From contig JAUIHW010000002.1 of assembly GCA_030431775.1 (NCBI GenBank), forward strand, positions 131,087 to 195,086: 64,000 nt of DNA, read 5' to 3'. The notes below the pieces were generated by a model. That model was not told the DNA's origin, did no database searches, and saw only the letters and a list, made by a program, of their open reading frames with translations. This DNA comes from Gammaproteobacteria bacterium (GTDB lineage: Bacteria; Pseudomonadota; Gammaproteobacteria; Pseudomonadales; JAUIET01). The position numbers were made by a program, and so were the translations under genes. Of this stretch, positions 20,314 to 27,373 are shown piece by piece; within the stretch, counting starts at the first letter, position 1; each line of letters opens with the position of its first letter.

Positions 20314-20958
20314 TTATTCCGAGACGGTCAATATGACGCTCAAATTATCAAGCCCCTGTTTTTCAATTCGACTAACTTCTCTCTTTAGCTTTTCTTCGAT
20401 AGATTCAGCGTCCCGAAACCAGTTATCGTCTGCATATGCCCAAAAGCCATCGCTACAAAGTAATAATCGTTCGCCTGTATATTCGAAGCTGTTTACTTCC
20501 AGCGAGCCTGTATCAGTAATCTTTACCCAGCCTGCTACTTTGTTGCGTTGTTCAGCATATTCAGTTTCTGTTAGTTCGCCGGTTTTAAGCCGCTGAAAAG
20601 CTGGAACATGATCAATAGTCAGCCATTTAATGCCTTGATCGCCAACCTTGCCAACTCTGCAGTCACCGGCATGGATCGTATAGAGCCTGCCACCATGAAT
20701 GAGCGCAGCCGCAACACAAAATGAGTAATCTCCGCAATATTTACCCTTCAAATTTGCTGCTGCCCTGGCGAAGCCATCGCGCAGGTTTTGTTCGATATCT
20801 GTAACTTCGCCCTTCAGTGAGAGATTTTGCGAACACACCTCCCGGCAGAAGGCACGAACCAGTTCTCCACACTCGGGTTGTTGCTGCACCCCATCACATA
20901 CGATGTAGAGTGGGGAACCATATATATACTGGCTTGAGTTACGTGGTCGGTATTCCAT
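20314..20958 (-). CDS. divergent short PP2C-family (SpoIIE-like) Ser/Thr phosphatase
   Basis: 214 aa. IVCDGV (DG motif), HAGDCRV (compare GDSR), LLLCSDGFW and GLDNLSVI (terminal DN). The N-terminal RxxNED-like region reads RPRNSSQ. Confidence 0.6.
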   Translation of the reverse strand: MEYRPRNSSQYIYGSPLYIVCDGVQQQPECGELVRAFCREVCSQNLSLKGEVTDIEQNLRDGFARAAANLKGKYCGDYSFCVAAALIHGGRLYTIHAGDCRVGKVGDQGIKWLTIDHVPAFQRLKTGELTETEYAEQRNKVAGWVKITDTGSLEVNSFEYTGERLLLCSDGFWAYADDNWFRDAESIEEKLKREVSRIEKQGLDNLSVILTVSE

Positions 20959-20998
20959 TCCCTGGTGCTACCAGAAAGGCTCATAAACACTTTTACCT

Positions 20999-21700
20999 TC
21001 ACTGGCTATCAACTCTACTCAGCTGCCCAAACCTCTCTTTCACCAATCCCAAACGATCAGGCGATTCGCTGGGTATTGAGCTTGCCAGCAGGTAATCAAA
21101 ATCCTTGTTCTTCAAAAATCTGCCTATTTCCCGTGCAATGAAACTGCGCAATTCTTCAGGGCTAGATGTAATCTCATCTACAAGCGCATCTCTGCCATTC
21201 ACCAGGGTCACAATATCCTCTGCATCCCTGCTCGCCAACATGCTGTCGCCGCGGCCGTTAAAAGCTTCAAGCTTGGTTGCCAACAGGTAATTCGCCGAAA
21301 CAATTTTTATCGTCGGGCCATTGGGGAGGTTATAAGGCACTGCGTGCTGCCGCCCTTCCTTGAACCACCGATTGCTGAATCCGATAACGTCTTCACTATC
21401 GGGCATTACATCAACCTTGATACCTCTGCATATATAACGGCAAATTGGTTCGTTTTCTTCGTCCGGCTCGTGCTGTTCTTTAAACCCTCTGTCTTTCAGC
21501 CGTTCAATGAGTTTGTGATATTCCACATAACCAGCAACTGAGACGATGAAATCAACATCCTTTGTACTGCGGATATCCATGGGCTGAGCATCATCCAGAT
21601 GAAGCGAAATAGTAGTCCCGCCTACAAAAGCAATTTCACCCAACAACTCCTCCCCAAGGGCTTCGGCAATATCTCGGAGCAAGTCCTCATGTTCACTCAT
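20999..21700 (-). CDS. nucleotidyltransferase-fold protein (AbiEii-like toxin candidate)
   Basis: The start MSEHEDLL at 21700 is 1 nt after the upstream stop. FVGGTTISLHLD...RSTKDVDFIV fits the Pol-beta NTase pattern GG..(n)..D.D. Confidence 0.6.
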   Translation of the reverse strand: MSEHEDLLRDIAEALGEELLGEIAFVGGTTISLHLDDAQPMDIRSTKDVDFIVSVAGYVEYHKLIERLKDRGFKEQHEPDEENEPICRYICRGIKVDVMPDSEDVIGFSNRWFKEGRQHAVPYNLPNGPTIKIVSANYLLATKLEAFNGRGDSMLASRDAEDIVTLVNGRDALVDEITSSPEELRSFIAREIGRFLKNKDFDYLLASSIPSESPDRLGLVKERFGQLSRVDSQ

Positions 21701-21701
21701 G

Positions 21702-22367
21702 TTACTTGCCCTCCAGAGTTTTCGACAAACGCTCTCGTGCGATTTGCTGACTTCGTGAATCACCTATTCGAAAAACATCGATAACAGCCAGCAGGCCATA
21801 TAGTTCTGTGTCTATCAACGCTGCCTTGGCTGCAGATTTATAGAGAGGTTCAACGGACATGCCCCTAACATTACCCAACGGGTCAGGCCATACTGGAGGC
21901 ATATCACTGGAACTGGCAATATCGCCTTTAAAAGATGGCGCTGCATGAGCTGTGGGAATTCCCCGGGCAATAGCACCAACTTTGGCACTGAATACTACAG
22001 GCGCACCGAATTGTATAAATTTCCCCAAAGATGGACGATTGACCCGTATATCATTGCCAATCTTTATCAAAAGCCCGGATTCAATTGCTCGCCCGACAGC
22101 TTTATTGGTTTCGCTCAAGGATATGAACAATTCAGAGGCGAGTTGACGATAGTTCCATTTGGCCTGTATTTTTGTTTCACGGCTCAGAAACTCTTCTATT
22201 ACCTCTAGCTCTCTTTCTGCTTCTCCATTACTGCCAGAGTCAACTTCCCATACAATGCCCTCTAGCTCGCGCATTGATGACCGTGGCGAGTAAGGGCGAC
22301 TGTCCGCTGAGCGAAGCTCCACCGACAGTATTTTGCAGCATACGAGTAAGTCCTGAGGTTTAAGCAT
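21702..22367 (-). CDS. putative wHTH DNA-binding partner (AbiEi-like antitoxin role)
   Basis: 221 aa. N-terminal MLKPQDLLVCCKIL and a central WNYRQLASELFISLSETNKAVGRAIESGLL HTH-like segment. Position and coupling with the NTase gene support the call. Confidence 0.4.
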   Translation of the reverse strand: MLKPQDLLVCCKILSVELRSADSRPYSPRSSMRELEGIVWEVDSGSNGEAERELEVIEEFLSRETKIQAKWNYRQLASELFISLSETNKAVGRAIESGLLIKIGNDIRVNRPSLGKFIQFGAPVVFSAKVGAIARGIPTAHAAPSFKGDIASSSDMPPVWPDPLGNVRGMSVEPLYKSAAKAALIDTELYGLLAVIDVFRIGDSRSQQIARERLSKTLEGK

Positions 22368-22403
22368 TATCGGCGCATTGTTTCCTGTTTCCGAAATGCG
22401 AAC

Positions 22404-22434
22404 ATTTTAGAACATTCCCCGCTTGGTTTGTCAA
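22404..22434 (-). promoter_or_regulatory. candidate sigma70 promoter of the nine-gene array
   Basis: The minus strand reads TTGACA (22434-22429), a 19-nt spacer, then TAAAAT (22409-22404), about 35 nt upstream of the ATG at 22367. The spacer is longer than optimal. Confidence 0.3.
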
Positions 22435-22658
22435 GACTCGATCATTTTCAAGGGGACTATTTCAGATTTTATTTGGCGCATTTCACCTTTTGCGACAAAT
22501 AAAGTGGCGCATTCTTAGAATTACGCCAGAAAACCCGAAAACTACTTGCGTGAGATTTGCGTGACTTGTTGTGAAAAGTTGTGCTCTGTACTGCAATTTT
22601 ACTGTGGGTGTCGAAATTAAAGTTAATAAAATCAATTAGTTAAAAATTACCAGCCAGT

Positions 22659-22703
22659 TTCATAATGCTGGGGTCACTGGTTCAAGTCCAGTCGTAGCTA
22701 CCA
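22659..22703 (+). repeat. attR-type repeat (displaced 3' half of tRNA-Met; not a complete tRNA)
   Basis: TTCATAATGCTGGGGTCACTGGTTCAAGTCCAGTCGTAGCTACCA. There is no D-arm or 5' acceptor upstream. The 4 mismatches are two compensated T-stem base pairs. Confidence 0.8.
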
Positions 22704-22783
22704 TTTTCAACGGCTTTCCGAATAGCTTCAAATTCCACAGCTGTTAGTGGTGTGAACAGTTCAATATTTTTTGCCTGTATTGC

Positions 22784-24016
22784 TTATATCAGCTGAGCGA
22801 GAAACGTTTTCGCCGGGACGATGATTGGGTCACGATGCGCAAAGCAGTCTCTTGCAACAAAGTCAGCGTCCATCGCTACCTGAAAAGCGTGTTTTGCATT
22901 GGTTTGCTGTTGAAAATAGCGTAGAGAATCCGAAAGCCCTGCGTTACCACTGGCTTTAACTTCCACCAAAAACCAGGGTTGCTGATCCCTCGTTACCAAA
23001 AAGTCGGCTTCACGCTTTTGTTTATCACGGATAAAGTGCAGTCCGAAATCCCCTTCTCCAGTTTCCGACCACCAGTGAACTGCCTTGAGCAGGGCACTTG
23101 CAACCATGTTCTCTGCTCGCGCTCCCGGGTCATCTACCTGGGACCAGTCACACAGGTAGTATTTAGGCTCCTTTCGCAAGGCCCGCGCAACGTTGCTGTG
23201 CCACGGCTTAACGGTGTAACAGAAGTAAAGGGATTCCAGAGTCACAATCCAGCGCCTAATGGTGTCCACTGAGACACGAACCGTTTTGGCGAGATAGGAA
23301 TAACTGGTCAATTGCCCGACTTGATTACGCAGCAATTCGGCCAGCATTTCCAACTGCCCCAACTCCTGAATACGTGTCAGGTCACGCAAATCTTCCCGAA
23401 AGAGCTGTTCCGTGCGCAGCTTTCTCCAGCGATTGTAAAATCGCTGATCAGCTTTCAAAAATGGCTCCGGGAATCCACCAAACCTCCACAGCGCATTCCA
23501 ACAATCATCTTCAATTGACTCAGGCTGCCTGTTAATCAGTTCGCCCGCTATTTTCTTTCCTGAAACACCAACACACTCTGCAACCGAGACTGGATGCAAG
23601 GTGTAGGGAAAATAGCGGCCCATCAGGCTATCCCCCCCACGTTTGAAGACTTCCAATGAGGCACTGCCTGTAACCAGCACGCGTGCACTCTCTTCATATT
23701 GATCGAAGAAACCTTTCAGAAAACCTCGCCAGTTTCGATATTTATGCAGTTCATCAAATGCACAGAACGGTGAATCAGCCTGCAAGCGATTCAGACCCAG
23801 CGCTTCGGCAATGGTATCCGGCCCTTTGAGAATTGACTCGCGGTGCCCTTGATTATCCCAATTGAAATATTGGTTTGCAGGGAATGTGTCACCCAACATC
23901 CTGGCAACGGTCGTCTTGCCCACCTGGCGTGGACCCGACAGAAAGATCATCTGACGGTTATTCTGGTAATGGCGAGTGAGCTCTTCAAGCAAATAACGCC
24001 TCATAACCAAATTCAC
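22784..24016 (-). CDS. AAA-family ATPase (DUF4143-type)
   Basis: 410 aa. Walker A LSGPRQVGKTT, Walker B-like FCAFDELH. The C-terminal region (FLVEVKASG) is typical of the AAA_14/DUF4143 architecture. Confidence 0.75.
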   Translation of the reverse strand: MNLVMRRYLLEELTRHYQNNRQMIFLSGPRQVGKTTVARMLGDTFPANQYFNWDNQGHRESILKGPDTIAEALGLNRLQADSPFCAFDELHKYRNWRGFLKGFFDQYEESARVLVTGSASLEVFKRGGDSLMGRYFPYTLHPVSVAECVGVSGKKIAGELINRQPESIEDDCWNALWRFGGFPEPFLKADQRFYNRWRKLRTEQLFREDLRDLTRIQELGQLEMLAELLRNQVGQLTSYSYLAKTVRVSVDTIRRWIVTLESLYFCYTVKPWHSNVARALRKEPKYYLCDWSQVDDPGARAENMVASALLKAVHWWSETGEGDFGLHFIRDKQKREADFLVTRDQQPWFLVEVKASGNAGLSDSLRYFQQQTNAKHAFQVAMDADFVARDCFAHRDPIIVPAKTFLAQLI

Positions 24017-24300
24017 ATTTATCGTAAAATAGTCATAACCATTTTACGACACTACTTAATTTAGTCAAGAACACTTGAGATTAACACTTGAGACGGCCTG
24101 CATTACACCAGTCGTAAAGTCGGTAGGGTTCGCTATCCCTTGAGGCCAGACAACAATAAACTGGCCCCTACCACCCACTAACAATGTGGAGTAAGCACCG
24201 ATTCTGTTTCGCGTTAGGCAGGAGAAGTGCAATAACGCATAGTGACACTTGCGCGCGATTTGATTGCAGCATAGGCTCGTTATTTTTTTATCGCTTCACA

Positions 24301-25044
24301 ATGCCCCCACCGCAAAGTAGACGCCTTCATGAGCAAAAGGTTGTGTTTCTTCATATCCAGAAGACCGCAGGAACGTCAGTCGTAGAATTTTTTCGGCCAC
24401 TTTACCAAGCCACTCAATTTCTCTCACATGGAGAGTTTCTCAATGCGCTGAAACAAAACCGGCGCGTTGACGAGATAGCGAAAGAGAAACTATTCGTTTC
24501 TGGTCATTTCGGATATGCCCACATTGCACATCTACTCCCAGAAGCCTATTCCTTTGTGTTTTTGCGAGATCCGGTAGCGCGAGCGGTCTCCTTGTACAAC
24601 TTCTGCTTTACGGAAGGGATGGAGCAATTTGAAATCAGTAAGCTTGCGAAGTCCTTACCCGTTCGGGAATTCTTTAATTCAACTCACCCGGAAGTCTGCC
24701 AAGCACTTGATAACCATCAGGTATGGCAGCTGATAGCCTGGTACACACCGAAGTTTAAAAAGCAATTTAGTAGAGTCTCAGAAGCGGATCTTGTAAGCAC
24801 GGCATTCGAACACTTATCTCAGTTCAATCGAGTCTGTTTAACGGAGCACTTTGAGACGGATTTTTCTCAGGTACTCAACGACCTTGGCATGGAAAAGACC
24901 GCGGGTGTGTCATATCCGCATGAATACGTATTCGACAAAGTGATCTCTCGCGATTCCTTGGACAGCGAAACTGTCGATATCATTCGCAATAGATCCAGTA
25001 TGGATCAGACGATTTATGATTTTGTAAACTCGTCCAGGCAATAA
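24301..25044 (+). CDS. sulfotransferase-family protein
   Basis: The ATG at 24301 gives MPPPQSRRLHEQKVVFLHIQKTAGTS, a PAPS 5'-phosphosulfate-binding-loop type motif. AT-rich gene. Confidence 0.6.
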   Translation: MPPPQSRRLHEQKVVFLHIQKTAGTSVVEFFRPLYQATQFLSHGEFLNALKQNRRVDEIAKEKLFVSGHFGYAHIAHLLPEAYSFVFLRDPVARAVSLYNFCFTEGMEQFEISKLAKSLPVREFFNSTHPEVCQALDNHQVWQLIAWYTPKFKKQFSRVSEADLVSTAFEHLSQFNRVCLTEHFETDFSQVLNDLGMEKTAGVSYPHEYVFDKVISRDSLDSETVDIIRNRSSMDQTIYDFVNSSRQ

Positions 25045-25165
25045 GACGGAGCCCATCGACCTGATCATCTACGCCTCAGGTGATGCTCAACGAGGCTGTT
25101 CAGCAACTGTCAAATAAAAGGAGCTACGGGCATGGAGAGCCAAAGTCAATGGCGGCAGGCTGGTA

Positions 25166-25921
25166 TCAGTCTTTCCAGGAAGGGTCGAGGCGATCGAGCT
25201 TTCGCAGCATGGCAGGCCAGAGCAATTCTTCGATAAAGTTCATTTCTTCAGTCATTCGAAGAGCGGACACCTTGGCAACAACGTATTCAGGCACTGCATG
25301 AAGCGGAAGGCCCATCGAAAAAGCGCGAACTTGTGCAGTGCAGGATTTTTCTAACAGGTACATCAAGGTAAACGCTTCAGCGACTGACGACCCTACCGTC
25401 AGCGTACCGTGGTTCCGCAGAAACATAATATTTTTCTCGCCAAGATCGGCAACCAGCCGTTCCCGTTCCTCCAGTTCGAATGCGACCCCTTCATATTCGT
25501 GAAAGGCGATGTCACCTTCCAGCAGCATTGCCAGCTGCTGGAGTGGCAACAAGCCATCTTCCAACATCGAAACGGCGACGCCGTCCTCGGTATGTAAATG
25601 CATCGCGCACATCACGTCGTGACGCGACATGTGGATAGCACTGTGGATCACGAAGCCCGCTTTGTTCACAGCCCACTTGCTAGGGTTGAGCAAATTGCCG
25701 TCAAGATCGACTTTGAGCAAATCGACCGGGCGAATTTCGTCGAACAGCATGCCAAAAGGGTTGATTAGAAAACTGTCTTCTCCAGGAATCCTGACTGATA
25801 TGTGCGTGGCAATCAGGTCATCCCAGCCGAAGTGAGCGACCAGCCGATAACAGGCGGCCAGATCACAGCGCAGGTTATGTTCCACCGGGCTGAAATGGGT
25901 TATATCAGATTGCGAGTCCAT
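25166..25921 (-). CDS. class II aldolase/adducin-domain protein
   Basis: RCDLAACYRLVAHFGWDD, FLINPFG and the metal motif AMHLHTEDG. A GGAGAA ribosome-binding site precedes the ATG at 25921. Confidence 0.8.
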   Translation of the reverse strand: MDSQSDITHFSPVEHNLRCDLAACYRLVAHFGWDDLIATHISVRIPGEDSFLINPFGMLFDEIRPVDLLKVDLDGNLLNPSKWAVNKAGFVIHSAIHMSRHDVMCAMHLHTEDGVAVSMLEDGLLPLQQLAMLLEGDIAFHEYEGVAFELEERERLVADLGEKNIMFLRNHGTLTVGSSVAEAFTLMYLLEKSCTAQVRAFSMGLPLHAVPEYVVAKVSALRMTEEMNFIEELLWPAMLRKLDRLDPSWKD

Positions 25922-25935
25922 AATGCTTTCTCCGA

Positions 25936-26979
25936 TCAATAGAGCAAAGACACCTGCACATTGCGAAGACCGGTGAAGCTGTTGCGACCATGTGCAGTGA
26001 ACCAGTTATCAACCAGCATCACATCGCCCGCACTCCAGGGAAAACGCAGGGTATGAGCGAATAATGTGCTGTAAAGCGCTCGCAGATCGGAGTCTTCGAT
26101 AGGGGAACCGTCACCAAAGTTAGTTTCGTGCGGTTTTGGCTTCGTAGTTCCATAGTATTGCTGATACGCTTTATACCGATCACCGATGCTCTCCGGACGG
26201 AATGTTGAACCTGCAATCTGATTGAACCAGACAAGTTCCCCGTTTGCTGGATGAGGGCGGATACCCGTTGGCGCAACGTAGCTGGCAGAAAGGCTGCCAT
26301 CATCCAGCCACTCGGCCGAAAGCCCCATGTCTGTGCAGTTCGCGATCGCTTCGGCAGGATCATCCGTTTCGAAGGCCGACTGCCAACTTCGGTGCATTCC
26401 ATCGAGATAGGCATTGCCACTCTCGATCGCTTTGTCGCGGAAATTGCGTTTATATTGAACACCCTTTTCTGCCACGGCATCCACAAAGCTTGCCGGAAGG
26501 GCCCTCGTCACTGCCCGCATATCGCAAACCAACGTTTCCCCGCCAGAGACTGATGGCAGTTGGCAGTAGAAGGCAACCTTGGTCGGTGGATCTGGCAGAT
26601 AAGACATTTCCTGATGTGCGAGCAGTACATCTTCTGCCGGAACTCTGGTGGATTCAAACACTCGGGGAGCCAGTTCAGCGCGAGGGGCAGCGCCGCCACG
26701 ATATCCAACATCGTTGCTTGGATAGTGCTCGAACAAGTGGCTAAAATCGGATGTACTCCTAACAGCAAAACCGCGAAATACAATTGCACCGTGTTCCAGA
26801 AGCAACTCTTCGAGCGGTTCCTGGTTTTCAACCAGCCATTTTCGAAATGTTGTTGATTCATCCTGCAGGCTGGAATCGATGGGTTGCAGGAATAGCGGTA
26901 GTCGACCACTTTCGAGCGTCGTCATCCTGACTTCGCTTTCCAGCGTTGAGCGCCCTCTCTGGGCTGTCTTAGTCGACAT
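25936..26979 (-). CDS. TauD/TfdA-family Fe(II)/2-oxoglutarate dioxygenase
   Basis: LLAHQEMSY (HxE) and VDNWFTAHGRNSF (distal His/Arg). A GGAGAAAC ribosome-binding site precedes the ATG at 26979 (MSTKTAQ...). Confidence 0.75.
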   Translation of the reverse strand: MSTKTAQRGRSTLESEVRMTTLESGRLPLFLQPIDSSLQDESTTFRKWLVENQEPLEELLLEHGAIVFRGFAVRSTSDFSHLFEHYPSNDVGYRGGAAPRAELAPRVFESTRVPAEDVLLAHQEMSYLPDPPTKVAFYCQLPSVSGGETLVCDMRAVTRALPASFVDAVAEKGVQYKRNFRDKAIESGNAYLDGMHRSWQSAFETDDPAEAIANCTDMGLSAEWLDDGSLSASYVAPTGIRPHPANGELVWFNQIAGSTFRPESIGDRYKAYQQYYGTTKPKPHETNFGDGSPIEDSDLRALYSTLFAHTLRFPWSAGDVMLVDNWFTAHGRNSFTGLRNVQVSLLY

Positions 26980-27273
26980 AGTTTCTCCTTTGTGGGGCCC
27001 TGAAAACAGAAGCGGTTCCACGTCGAACATTGTTCCAACAATGTGCAAAAATACTACTGTGCGAGCCACCCCAGATAGTAGAGCTTAAACTCTAATATAA
27101 AAGACGGATTTTTTCAACTATTGATGCATGAGAACACCTCTGCACACAGAGCATAGATTACTTTTGAAAATTGCAGTTTGCGCTAGATAGCTGCTAATTC
27201 GCTGACTCAACAGGTAGGATATGCATTTACAGACAAAGAACGCGCAAGGTATCGCCTTTTAAATTTAGCGCTG

Positions 27274-27307
27274 TATAATATTAGTGATTAAATTCTATTT
27301 TAGAGTT
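27274..27307 (+). promoter_or_regulatory. TATAAT -10 element plus inverted repeat AATTCTA-TTT-TAGAGTT (candidate operator)
   Basis: TATAAT at 27274-27279. The 7-3-7 inverted repeat at 27291-27307 has one mismatch and is near-identical to the site at 53913-53929. Confidence 0.4.
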
Positions 27308-27373
27308 TTCGCAGGCTCTATGCGCCGTGCAGAAGGTGCGTATGGTGATCTGTTGGACGATGACGGTGCTTCG

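Larger units (their letters stand above)
7834..22703. mobile_element. tRNA-Met-associated integrative genomic (defence) island, about 14.9 kb
   Basis: The integrase is immediately next to the tRNA. A 45-bp direct repeat of the tRNA 3' half sits at 22659-22703. The content is visibly more AT-rich than the flanks. Cargo is R-M, Abi-like and nuclease genes. Confidence 0.75.

Noticed and set aside
22659-22703. Possible second tRNA-Met gene
   Set aside because: Only the anticodon-loop-to-CCA half is present. There is no 5' acceptor or D-arm upstream. I interpret it as the displaced att repeat.
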